Assembly: GCA_002633005.1 (NCBI GenBank)
Contig: NMRA01000186.1
Location: 124,001-188,000 of the forward strand
DNA from: Phoronis australis
Lineage: Eukaryota > Animalia > Phoronida
Reading direction: 5' to 3'
Length of the DNA: 64,000 nt
Made by a program: the position numbers and the translations under genes. Positions within the stretch are counted from its first letter, which is position 1; each line of letters begins with the position of its first letter. Below the pieces are notes generated by a model that was not told the origin of the DNA, ran no database searches, and worked only from the letters and a program-made list of their open reading frames with translations. Shown here piece by piece: positions 51,936 through 64,000 of this stretch.

Positions 51936-53305
51936 ATTTGCGTGCAAAGTGTTTTGCACGTGTTTAAGAGCACGTTTCTTTTTTCTCGTGAATGCATTTT
52001 AGGATCAAAGGGTACAGCGTACCCGACTTTGGAACATATTTTCGCTAGTCAGTCAGCTGGCTTTATCATAGTCGGAAAACAATTAACCCTTAAATAGTAA
52101 AAGGGTTGGAAGACCGCGCAATGGAAGTGTAGCATCAAGTGTCATACACATCACATTCGAATTGCATGTCAAACATTAAAGCCGCACGCGTCTAAATTGC
52201 GATGGAGTGAACGCACTTATATAGAAATAATTCAACGAATATAACTGCACGGAAATCAAGCCCTTCAAACGAATTTATTCACTCGAAGATTAGATTTTTT
52301 ACTTTTCGCTTGTCACTCCGACATTTGCTTTTTTAACCTTCCGGTGAACTCATGGACTGGAGCCTTCATTGGGCTCATTGGCTGGTATTATGGTCACTAC
52401 ATGACGTCATTAGATCAAAACTAAGAGTAGAAGATGGCAGACGATTTGATTCGATGTTTCTAGAGGAAGGTAAAAGTGTGAAATATAACCGGTAAGACCG
52501 CAATTTTGTAAACGTGTCAAGGTAATTTGATTTTGTTAGTACTAATCCACTGAACAAGAATTTTCCCACATTCTTTTGGTTTCAATCTTTTTCACGAAGT
52601 AGTGAGAAGCTCTCCGGTGCCGGAACGTATTGGCTAGCTGTATGAAGACTATCGTCAAAATACAGCTAGGTACCAATGTGTGCTGAGCTAAGTTAGACCC
52701 CGAAAATTCACACAGCCCGGGTAGTTCTGCTCGTCACCTTGTCGTGAAACTTATACAACATGTAGAGCTAACGACCGAATCGGATGCAAAATCTGCCTTA
52801 AAGTCTGCTTTCGTACTTGGCTGGAGATTTATGCTTGACCGTTAATATCTTCAGGTTATTGGCTTCCACGTTGAGACTATTAGGAAAGCGGATCAACCGA
52901 GGAAAGATTACGCCAGCTATTGCCCAATAACCACGAGGGGGCGCCACAGCGAAGTGCCAACCACTGCTGTCATAGCTAAGAAATTATTAACTTGTATCAC
53001 TCCGCCAATTGGGCATACTCTGTAACAGAAGCTGGTTTTCTATTAGAAGCTGATTTTTAATAGAAGCCCGGGAAGTTAACAACTGCCAGGTCTCCAGTCT
53101 CAACTGGGTCTCTCATGGTTTTGTGACTTTTGGCAAATGATTTTTCCTGTTTGTCGTCATAGTTGTGGCCAAATTAACAATTGTTGGCCTCTCTCCTTAT
53201 ACAAATGTTGTTGTAGACTTGATAATGGCACCACTGTTGCACTTGATAATTGCATTACAATCACATGTACCTGTTCTACTCTTCATCATTGTTATGATGT
53301 AGAAT

Positions 53306-54861
53306 AAACTTCGTTAAAGACACGACTACGCTTTTTGTTAGAGGGCTTGATACTGGTTCGTTCGTAATTTCGGAACAGTCTCCTTTCTTCAGGTGTGCAG
53401 GTATGAAATAAAATACCGAGAGGCATAACAAAAAAGTGTTCAGAAAGGACCGCAACAGAGACGGAGGTGGTATTTTAATTGTTGTACTAAATACCTTCAC
53501 TTGCTCTGAAGAATCATCACTCTTCAGAGAACACTGCGAACTCATCTGGGCAAGCGTCCTACTTTAAGGACGTCCAGTCGCAAACTGTTGGTATGCTCCT
53601 ACTACAGACCACATGTTAGCGACGAGTCAAGTCTTCTGATATTTTCTGAATCCTGTCTTCAGGCTACTAATACTAAAAATGCTGTTATATTAATTGGAGG
53701 CGATTTAATCTTTCCTGGGTGGGACTAGAATGTCTCAGTGTTGAAGTCTGGTGCCCCAAACCCACCGCGCGTTTACACAATCTGTTCAAATTGATACCCT
53801 TGCTGACCATGGCCTCGAACAAATGGTAAATGAATCTACACGAGGAGAAAATATCCTAGATTTTTCTATCACAAACTACCCAGGCCTTGTGCCTAGAACA
53901 GAGATTCTTGCAGGACTCTCTGATCACGACTGCGTTTTTCTCGAACTACAACTCTTCGTCCCTTCAAAGCGTCTTCCTGTTCGAGAAGTCTGTGCAACGC
54001 GCCAACTGGGATGATCTTAGATTGGCATGTAGACAACTATCCAATGATATGGCCTCTTCCTTTGACATAAATAGTAACAATGAGACTTTGTGGCGCTGGT
54101 TCAAACAAAGATTTCAGATAGCCGTCGACCAAAATGTCCCGAAGCTCCGTACAAAAACCAAACTTAGCTACCCTTAAGGATTGACCCGGAACTCAAAGGC
54201 CTAATCAAGAGAACTCCAGGCGAACGACTATATAAGCGCTTCAAATTAACAGGAGATCCAGCGACCCTGTGCGAATTAAAACGTTTGAAAGGAATAGTTC
54301 AAATGTCGCTAAGAAGAAAATACTGGGATTATATGGAATCACTAATCACAGATACTAACGTAAATAATGTGAGCAAGCCCAGCAAGAAATTTTGGTCTCA
54401 CATAAGATCTGTAAGATCTGATACTACTGGAATCACAACTTTAAAAGATCGTGGGAGACTTGTTACAGAGGCCAAAGAGCAAGCAGAGCTCCTCAACTTG
54501 AGAAACAATTTCAATCTGTCTTTAGCCCCAAGATAAACTTCACCTCCGACGAGTTCCATACACGACGCTCCCCATGAGACACTGACGTACAATATCCTAA
54601 ATGCCAAATACCACATGTCTCTATACAGGGTGTTGAGAAATTAATGAGGGATCTCAATCCCTGTAAGTCTATGGGTCCTGATAACATCCACCCGCGCATT
54701 CTTAGAAGCAATACAGTGGAACTGGCCCCAGCTCAGACCCTCATTTGAATCATTGTTTAGGTTTGGCATTGTCCCAGTACCAGTATCAAGCTCGCTAACA
54801 AAAAGTCTAGTCGTGTCTTAAACGAAGTTTGCGTATACGAAGAACTACTACCGAACTATAC
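53306..54861 (+). mobile_element. CR1/L2-like LINE fragment (APE endonuclease and start of RT) enclosed by ~50-bp inverted repeats
   Basis: Frameshifted FRKDRNRDGGGILI, CSYYRP, IGGDL, LEQMVNESTRGENILD, LSDHD, KKFWSHIRS, KSMGPDNIHPRIL. Inverted repeats at 53306-53357 and 54779-54830; TGATGTAGAATAA direct repeat on both flanks. Confidence 0.8.
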
Positions 54862-57800
54862 TGATGTAGAATAAGGATATGAATTTTATTCATTCTATAG
54901 CAAGTATATAGCCTACGTTCACTAAAAATATGAATGAACATAAAGTGTGCTTATCTTAGTAACTAATGGAGTTTCTATTGTTTATTGCCATGGCTTTATA
55001 CATTCAGTTCCTCCACTAGCACATTTTTCAGCTTTTTAAGAATATGGGAATTAAACATAGCAATGTTGTCAAACGTTTTTGTGGTCATAAATTCTAACTT
55101 TCAACCTCAGTTTTGGTTGTAAACTGCACAGTAGACTGTCGCTTTAAGAACTGTTGTCGTTTCTTCACCCTGCACAAGTTGACAAAAAAGTTCTGTTGTG
55201 CGGTTGCTTTGATATTGATGTTGCGTTAATATACTTACAAATCAACGCGATTTTTAGTAAGCTCTGTTGAAATTTGAATGTGTTTGAGACAACAGTTTTT
55301 ATAGAAGCGAGTTCAAAATTAAAATTACGCATGTCACCGGGCGTGCAAATGAGGATGCTCTTCCTAATGCGCAGCTGTTCATTAGATAAACGAGTTTTCA
55401 TCCCTGACAACAGCGCTTGAATAGATGGAATTAGCTTAATCTGCTGCTAACATTAGTGCATTTCGTCGTTTTCTGTTGAAACTGGTCTACAGGTTGTGCT
55501 TGGAAGTTGCACTCTTTCCTGTCTCGAAGAGATATTGGTGGCACTGGTTCGTTAATCGAGTGGATTGTCTGTACCTGATTTGTTTGTGCAAGTGTTCCTT
55601 TATTTTGTTGTGCACCTTTATATCAGCTTAAAATCAAGGAAACACTCTAACTGCACATGCATTTAATTAAGCCCATAGGCCTACACTTGTTAAAATTCAA
55701 TTCACGACAGAGACGTCGTGGCTGTGAGAATTGCATGGATATGCAGCGTATTTTATGCTATCTGAAGAAAACGAAAAGCGCTCGACACGGAGCTTATAAA
55801 TTAGTCCATCAATCTTATTCTGCCTATTCATATTCAGCGGCAATACAACACAACATTCTTCGCCATCGTGGAGCAACAGACACTGTGATCCTTGGAGGAG
55901 GGGCTTGTGGAGACTTTGGTAGCGTAGCCATTTTTTTTAAATATCGTCTTCAATGTCTTGAAAAAAAAAATGTTTAACAATTTCGTGATCATGATGTCCT
56001 CAGTATCACCTTGAGATCTACGGATGCTTCTTGTTACAGCTTTGGTAGGAGGAATTGGAATAACTCCGCGGAGCCAGTGAATTCGGTATTTTCCAGAAGC
56101 AGACCGTGAACACTGTCTGGTTTGTAATGAATTGCAGATCTAACGATGGTCTCTTCGACATCAGTATCGGTTGTCTCGATCTTGGTTTCTGTGGCTAGTT
56201 AGCACTGCAAGCAGTCGGCATAGGATCGCCTCTCTCCAGTAACTGGGGCTCTGCGGTTTCACATTCGTAGTTCGGCTCAACTTTTTCGATTTTTATCGCC
56301 TTCTTCATCTCGCGTTCGAGGAAAACGTGATGGGGTGCGTTGGTTTGTGGATAGTGCAGTTTGCCTCTTTAAGGCATAACACCTCACCCCATAGGAACGC
56401 AAGTCTTTTATATATCCATCGTAGACTTCTTTCAGTTAAATATCAGGCTCCGCTTCATTGAGGGCGATAGCAGCGTCCAATACTTCGGCCAACCATTTTT
56501 CATCATCAATGTTTGTACAATTTTCTGCGTTACCGAACATGAAGCTCCACGCAAAAGATACTACTTTTGTAGTCATTCTGAAGAAATACAGGTAACGCAC
56601 CACACTAAATGCAATGTCATATCTTCCAGCTAATTTTCTAATTACCTGGTAGCCATTTGTTGGTCCATTATATAAATGATTAATTAGTGATTACGTAATT
56701 ACGTACAATGTACGCGTCAGCACAACGTCAAAAATCAATGACGTCAAATGCCGAAAAAATCCCAAAGTTTGCGAACTTTTTGTATGATAGAAGATATATT
56801 GTGAAAATAACACCTCTTCGACTGCAACTGGTTCATTATGAAAATTGGTTTTATTTTGTCGACCAACTATTTTTGGGCAATTTCTTAGTTTTTAATAACA
56901 ATTTTCAACAAACATTAAGCAACTTTTAAGGATGCATAGTCTCATTAAATAGTGAATACGCAAATGAAGTAGTAATTTACAAACAACCGCGGGTACTCCA
57001 GTGTGCCGGAAACCACCAGAGAACTATTTACCCTTACCGGCAATGTCGAGAAAGTCGGGTTTCTCTGGACTATTTTTATGTAAGTGAGTTATCCTCGTTC
57101 CTAATCCTCATGATGGCGCCAATCGGTATAATCCTCAAGCCCGCTGATTGGCCGTTGAAGACGTTCACCGCTAAAAGTAAAAAGCGACACAAGAAACATT
57201 CAAACACTTGAATATCTGAATACTTAAAAATCAGTTCTTGAAGAGTCTTGTCCATACTTCTTCGTTGTGATTTTTTTTACAAAAACTAATTCAGGTCCAA
57301 ACAAAGATGCTACTAACCGTATTTTCACAGGCGCTGTTTTGATACCATTCGTGATTCGGAAGCAGAAGATACCATTTTCGTTATTGTTTGAAATGAAAGG
57401 TGATCGCGTACTTATAAGCACCATAGACTCATTATCCTGCTTTCGAAATACCCAGTCAACCAACACTAACCTTGAGCGTTACAGCCGTTTAGACAAACCA
57501 GTCTAATAAACGTGATTTCCCTGCATAATTTCCGCCTTTTGTAACAAAGAAAAGTCTTGGTTTATGAGATTATTGAATGGTTATGATGAATTTTGGAAAC
57601 ATCTGTTGTTGCTGCGTGATCCGTTGAAAACGTGACTCTTTACTGTTTGGAGATGCGTTTATAGCACTTGTGCAAAAGGCACTAAGAATGTATTTTGGTC
57701 TTTACTTACGTAGCTCAAATTATGTGTTTGGATGTTGATGACTTACCTTACATTCCAGTCTGGTAAAATAGTAACATATTAATAGATAACAATGAAAGGT

Positions 57801-58895
57801 TTTATAGCCAGTGGTTTAAATATAATTACTCATGTTTGTAATTTGTTAGATATTGATGGAACATGAAGACTTATCAGTCGTTTTGTATTATAGGTATGAT
57901 TTTTCTTCACCTTTCACTCTGTTTTATGGTCTCACGAAGGCAATTTCCAATTTGAAAAAAGGATAACAGGTAACGTCTTTTAATGTTAGTCTCCGGCAGT
58001 TGTACTTGTAAGTTTACCGAAAATAAAACAAGCATATTCTCATTTAATTAATTCTATTTATACAAAGCCAAAACATAAGTGGGACACTGACTTTTGTGTC
58101 GATGCATCCTTTGAATGGTGGGGAAAGGTGTATACTTATTCTTAACAATTTACTAGTGACAATAGATTGCGATGCCACGGTAGTAGACTGTCACATTGAA
58201 CAAACACGTCTCAACTGCAGTTAAAACGTTGTAGCATTTAAAGTGCGTTTTTATATGAGGACGTGAACAAACTGTTATTGTAAACGTAAGTCGTTCTTGA
58301 AAATAAAATTTGTAATGAGTTTTAAAATTGTGTAATTTAGATATTAACTGTTCCTGTACTCACACAGAGTAACTATGGGTATCCACTTCTAGTAATGCAA
58401 GGGTCTATGTATGACCACGCTTCAATCTGGTGACCGTTCGCGTGAACTACTGCCGCTGTAGCATCAAATCTATCCTAGTTTTAAACAAAATAGTGCTTCT
58501 ATCTTGCAATCAGGAAAACGCGCACGGTTTTGTCGAACATATAACCTTTCAAGCAAGAATATTCTCCTGACACACTATGCATGCCATCGCCTTGGGGAAT
58601 GGGATGTTTTTAATTAAAACTAAAACTATCGCGAGTCACCTGGCAACAAACATGAAACCTGCGCATTTGAATTCAAAATGATGGCCATGAATCAAAATAA
58701 AAAAGCGAAAATGCGGTGGAAAACCGGATGCGGAGGTAGACGAGCGAAAAATTCTAACAAAAGTAAGAAACACATTTCAAATTTTGAAAACAAGCGCAAC
58801 TCAGTTATTGCAGTTAGATAACAGGTGCAAGCAAACAGGAAATTGCAATAGAAATGTGTTTAACAAATAGAAATAGCAGTTACAGTTGTAGGTCT

Positions 58896-59045
58896 CAGTG
58901 GCAGATTTAGAGGGGGCCATGGCCCCCCTAAAATTCTCCCAGATTCCATTTGGCAGTTCGGGGATACGCATCATGTCTGACGGGCAAAATGCTGGCTAAT
59001 ACTCTACCCTGGCCCCCCTTACTCAAAATCCTGGATCCGCCCCTG
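58896..59045. mobile_element. 150-bp hAT-like MITE with 5-bp TSD
   Basis: GGTCT|cagtggcagattta...tggatccgcccctg|GGTCT. Confidence 0.7.
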
Positions 59046-61091
59046 GGTCTTACCAGAATGAGTAAAACAACCAAATGAAGACTTAATTTGCATTTATTTC
59101 GAGACACTAAAAAGTACATTTAATACAATGCACAAAACAAAGATTTTATTTGACAGCTTACATTAGTAAGTACATGCCCTTCTGAAAACAAATGTCAAGG
59201 TCTGCAGAGGACAGTTGGTATTTGATTCAGTAAACAGTGACAGATCTAGGACATCATGACAGGGGCAACACAAGAGCACACACAAAAGTATACGCCCACA
59301 CGATTAGTTGCAACGTAGTTTCACAGTAACAACCATTATCCTAAGGTGACTGAGCACGAACATACATGCCTGTATCTATGCCCCCTTCGCCTGAATGCGA
59401 AGGTGTACCGATATCTGGATTTAGGTGAATGCTCTTACATAAGTGCCCTTGTCACGGCGGGTCAGTCATGCACCGAGCAGTGATTTCAAACACTACCAAA
59501 CTGTCGGCACCCCTAACGAGGAAAACACTCCTCATCTGAGGAAGGTACACTTTAATAACAGTTTTATAGTCGTACGTAGTCAACATCAAAAGTTCTCTCT
59601 TTGACTAACCATAGCAACCTGAAGCATTGACATGCACCCATAGTGCACTTCCAGCATCACAGACGGCATATTCCTATGCCTATCAGTTTCATGCAAGGCA
59701 CAAAGAGAAAACAACTTCACTACAAGTGGTAGCTTTTAAAACCAACATTAAATAAAGAAGTTTTAAAATAAAGTTTTCAACATTTGCAACAAAGTAGTAA
59801 AACATGTCACTGAGGGACATAGCACTAGGCATTCAACAATTAGCAGGTCTAATCTATTTCTTTTCATAAAGAACAATCCTGAGGTTTGATAGACCCAAAC
59901 TAGATAAACACAAAATGGCATAAGGGGCATAGCACTAGCTGAAATCTGTTCAAAACTGGTAGCTGTCCTCCTCACCAGAATGGAACAGGTGCCAGGGGGT
60001 GCTAAAGAAGTTAAATCTGCCGAAAAATCAACTGGTGGAAGCACACTGCCGTCACATGCCTCTGTGTCAATGGGTTCCCTAGATATCATCCACAACTGCT
60101 CTTCCCAAAAATGCTGGAAAGCCCCACTTCTCTTACCCTGGGGGACCGACTAATAAGTAGCATACACCGTTCTAGTGGTGCCTAACAAACTTGAGCCAAA
60201 TTTAATCAAGACCCAACTAGGGGTTTTTCAAATAACAGCAGACACATGTGAGTGCATAAAAATTATACAAAGAGTAAAGTGACAGTTTATTCTGGAATAT
60301 ATTATTCTGAATAACATATCTGAACTCCTCCACTGATTAAAGTGTTCTTGTAATAAAAAAACATATGAGAATAGCAGAAAACATACTACAGGAAAAAATA
60401 TCATTTACAACCAAAAACCAATTTCCAAATTATTCTTCACACAAAATCAAACTGTTGCTTAACATGGCACTCATTGCACAACATTCAAATTTGATGGAAA
60501 GCCTTAATCAGCACACACAAGCACCATAACACAGGGGCATAATGTGGGCTAAATTTTACTTAAGATTGTGGAAAATTTGCCCCATCTGATGCTTGGTAAA
60601 ACCTTGTAAGGCAAATTGATTGCACACTCCCACTGTCGAAACACTGCTAAATATTCACACCAAGCTGCAACTCAGCCAAAATAGAACTGAAACACTCAAC
60701 AAATAATGTTTAGATCTTAAAATTATCACATGTCGAACTAAAGCCAAATCAAATACCATGACGATCTTTCAAGGCATTCAAGGTTTTGTAGGACCCTAGA
60801 AAAATTAGTGAATGAAAAATCTCATCAGTTTAGGACAGTATGATGCACACGGCGCTTCGTTTCATTTCTTTCCAAAAAAGACAAATAGCACCAAATTCAT
60901 GGAAATTTCAACGTTCACAACAATGTATAAGCCTTCAGAATTCACTGGCAATTAATTTTGTGTGAAACTGGTGCATTTTTACCATATTATATAATAAGTC
61001 ATTTTTAAAAATGCGTGTTCACACAACATTTTAAACATCATGAAATGTATAACAAGTCTGCAAAAACAGTATGACAAAAGCAGGACAGCTA

Positions 61092-61262
61092 CCTAACATA
61101 CACGTTTTCTTGAATATTTAAATATTAGTTAAATGCCCCATGTCATATCTAATATACACATGTTTTCTCGAATATTTAAATACTAGTTAAATGCCCCATG
61201 TCATATCTAATACACACGTCTTTTTGAATATTTAAATACTAGTTAAATGCCCCATGTCATAT
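61092..61262. repeat. ~57-bp tandem repeat x3 just downstream of the GLB1 stop codon (3' UTR)
   Basis: gaatatttaaata.tagttaaatgccccatgtcatat occurs three times. Confidence 0.9.
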
Positions 61263-61303
61263 TCAAAACAATTATTACACTGTCTTTCTGATGAGTAGTT
61301 TCT

Positions 61304-61609
61304 TCAAAATAAAATTAGTCGGAATAAGCGCAATAAGAGATGAACAAACAAAGATGCATGGTCACGCCAGGATCGAAGTCCATGTTCTGACTGTGAACCC
61401 GCTGCCTCACGAGCAACTGGTCCATCTAAAACTGGCTTGTCAGTCAGATTCACTGTGCAAGACTGTTCACTTGGATTGCCCTCAAACTCTACCATCATCA
61501 GAGAATTCTTGCCAGACTTCAACACAGGGGCTGGAACATACAGCGTCACCTGAGGACCAGCCTTCGGCCAATATCGCCCCAGGTTGAAGGAGTTGACAAA
61601 AGCAACGCC
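61304..61609 (-). CDS. GLB1: Last coding exon of GH35 lysosomal beta-galactosidase (upstream exons lie beyond 64000)
   Basis: tttttacag| acceptor, then GVAFVNSFNLGRYWPKAGPQVTLYVP, matching the GLB1 NLGRYWP..GPQ.TL.VP motif; SWRDH resembles the GLB1 C-terminus; minus-strand AATAAA at 59150-59145. Confidence 0.88.
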   Translation of the reverse strand, partial: GVAFVNSFNLGRYWPKAGPQVTLYVPAPVLKSGKNSLMMVEFEGNPSEQSCTVNLTDKPVLDGPVAREAAGSQSEHGLRSWRDHASLFVHLLLRLFRLILF

Positions 61610-62238
61610 CTGTAAAAACATGGACGACAATTGTTCAAAAACACACGGTACTTACAGTATTTGTCCAGGTTAATGCCCAGACACTGGCCTTCAGCTAAAG
61701 GGTGTCCAGGGTATCCAAATGGGCAACCTGCCTGAAATTTAGATACCTTAGATAGGACACTCTGTTCAACAAGTAAAATTGGCATCTCTTTGTACTTGCC
61801 TGCAACAGCTCTGGGAGCTCATTGGCTATCACACATGCCTTATTTCATTTTTAACCAGCAGAACAAGGTAAAATGCAACCTAAGTGACTACCTGAATAGT
61901 TACCCAAAGCAGTGATCACACCAATGTGCTGCCAAATTACCACAAATTTGCGGCAAACAAAATACCTATGGCGCAAGATGTACATCAAACGATTCCAGTT
62001 TTTCAACTCGGCTTAAGTCTTGCCCAGCAGAATTTGAGACTGGATCTATAACAGATCTCCCCTTTTATGACCCCACAACAACAAAGGGTTGTATGCCTGG
62101 TTTTTGAATTTTCAATTTACACGAGTTCTAAACTCACACTGACAATACAAGCAACAGACCTGAATGATATACCACTTTATGGAAATTATCAAAAATTAAC
62201 CTCACCTAAAATATCGCCTGTAAACTCACCCCTGAATG

Positions 62239-62890
62239 TTAATTTTGCACTACATGGACAGACGGAGAAACGCTTATTCTATGACGGCAGTTCAGGGCTG
62301 TCAGCAACTGTGGATATGGGGTGACGAAGACCACGGGAACAATAAGAAACAACAGCTGATGAAAAAAGTAGAAGACGCTGAGTACCATAATTCTGGCTTC
62401 TGGTGCTAGTACGGAAAGAAGGCCGCGGATAACAAACAACAGAGTCACTGGTACAAAGACAAGTACAAGTGAAGGAATGGTCTTTTTGGCTATCACGATG
62501 TTAGAGTTGCGGAATCTTCCTGTAGTGCTGCTGTTGAACGGCATAACACGAGTAGTTGTGAAGATACGAAAATAACAGAAAGGAACCACGGTGACCAACG
62601 GTATGTATGTCAGTGAAATTAAGAAGCTTGCTGAGATGACGGCCTTGTTTAGCATGCACAAGTGAGAGCCTACTTCTACAGTGAACAAGACGGATGGAGG
62701 CTCGCCAGCAATGACATCGGCTAATGGGTCTAGACTTATGCACAACAGAGTGACCAGTACATGGACCCATACAACCAGAGTTAGCTTCATAGCATATTGC
62801 ACATTACCCATTACCAGCAATTTGTAAACTAGGTCATCCGCCAGGTTCTCTGCGTAAACTAGGTCATCGCTTATGGACCAGTTAGCGCTT
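62239..62890 (-). pseudogene. Class A GPCR-like fragment (about TM4-TM7) inside the last GLB1 intron
   Basis: Four hydrophobic helices; TM5-like IPLVTVVPFCYFRIF, basic loop, TM7-like LIVPVVF. In-frame TGA near 62890, no TM1-3 visible, and a duplicated GATGACCTAGTTTAC near the 5' end. Confidence 0.55.
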
Positions 62891-63479
62891 CACTCTCCGC
62901 GTGTTTACTGGAGAGAAGCACCCAGGAAGGTTGTACTACATTTTGTAGCCCAAAATTACCAAAGTTCAAATATATTCCGTTGAAAAGGAAAGACAAAACA
63001 TATCATTACAGATGTCTGACCAATATCATGAGTCACTACTCGTAAGCAAATCAAAACTGTCCTTACTCCGGCGTTGCCTTATCTCGCACTACCCGTCAAT
63101 CGACAAGTTTTCAATTCGCAATGCAAAAATACAATTCTCATAAATTCAACTTGTAATAACCCCTTTCAATTTTAAACCATGCCCGAAGTACTCGGAAACA
63201 AATTATTGTTAGGTACAACGAGGCTTTTTTCTCTGAAGTGGATCGTAAACACCTCAGGTGACTGAGTTTTATGCACATAGCTACTTTGGCCTAGAGCTGA
63301 ATTCTTAGCTCCCATACTATGGGCCGGGCCGGTCAAGGCCCAATCCCTACTTAAGCATTGGAATCAAACTGTTATATATAGAGAAAACTTTTATTAGTAT
63401 ACTGGTGTGAATATTATCAGTGATTTAACCAAAAACTTCGAATTAACTAGACCCACTAATGATAGTCTATGACAAAAAA

Positions 63480-63830
63480 CTGATATCAAAAGGCCAAAAT
63501 TGGCAATTTTCGGCGACCCCATGTTAAATACAAAATTTTGTCTAATTTTCTTCAAAATTCTACATTTCAATCTTGATTTTACTGACATCTGTTGGGTCTA
63601 TCGGCAACTAACCGCACATGAAAGGCTTGGTCGAAAATTATCGTTTTCTCACATGCACTTTCGGGTTTTTAGCGGCGATTCCACTGATCGAAGCGACAAA
63701 ATAAGCCAAAACTTTGGCCATACCATGTTAAACATAAAATTTTTTCCAATTCTGCTGAAACTTGGCCACGTTCTTAACAAAATACTTATCTATGTTATGT
63801 GCTATCGGCAAATGTGATTGATTCATAAAT
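63480..63830. repeat. Degenerate HINE/satellite-like tandem repeat (about 200-bp period)
   Basis: ccatgttaaa.a.aaaatttt...ctatcggcaa recurs near 63520 and 63723. Confidence 0.45.
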
Positions 63831-64000
63831 ATGACACTCACGCTGTGTTTTCTGCGAATCCCATGTATTCTGAAGGTGGCTAACTGAGTGATTTTCGCGC
63901 ATGCGCAATTCACGGTTTCAATATTGCTGGTAATGCATGGCGCAGTTGATAGTAGTTCGGTTGATGGACAGCCAGGTAGCGCACGATGCTGATTATGACG

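Noticed and set aside
59415-59475. SECIS-like ATGA..AA..GA on the minus strand
   Set aside because: Helix II does not pair, and there is no evidence of an in-frame Sec codon in the visible exon.

Overview
Intron-rich metazoan genomic DNA, probably from a marine invertebrate (lophotrochozoan-like; the taxon cannot be fixed from sequence alone). It is not prokaryotic. Genes reconstructed by hand: (1) the 5' part of UBR3 on the minus strand (11 coding exons, 577 codons, continuing past base 1); (2) a secreted coiled-coil/C-type lectin gene nested antisense in a UBR3 intron; (3) a 5-exon SUMO1-type gene on the plus strand, head-to-head with and possibly overlapping the UBR3 5' end; (4) an unrecognised single-pass membrane protein; (5) an intronless DNAL1; (6) the last exon of a GLB1-type beta-galactosidase, with a GPCR fragment in its intron. 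The remainder is dense with decayed transposons: TTAA-flanked THAP/Kolobok-like elements, hAT-like elements with 5- and 6-bp TSDs, an Academ/XPG-like relic, a Helentron-type HINE, LINE fragments, MITEs and minisatellites. The most unusual structures are a LINE fragment packaged between ~50-bp inverted repeats with a 13-bp flanking duplication, DNAL1 lying between the arms of a foldback element, a palindromic THAP element, and a tRNA-headed element with a decayed hammerhead-like motif. All coordinates were read by eye and no database searches were run.
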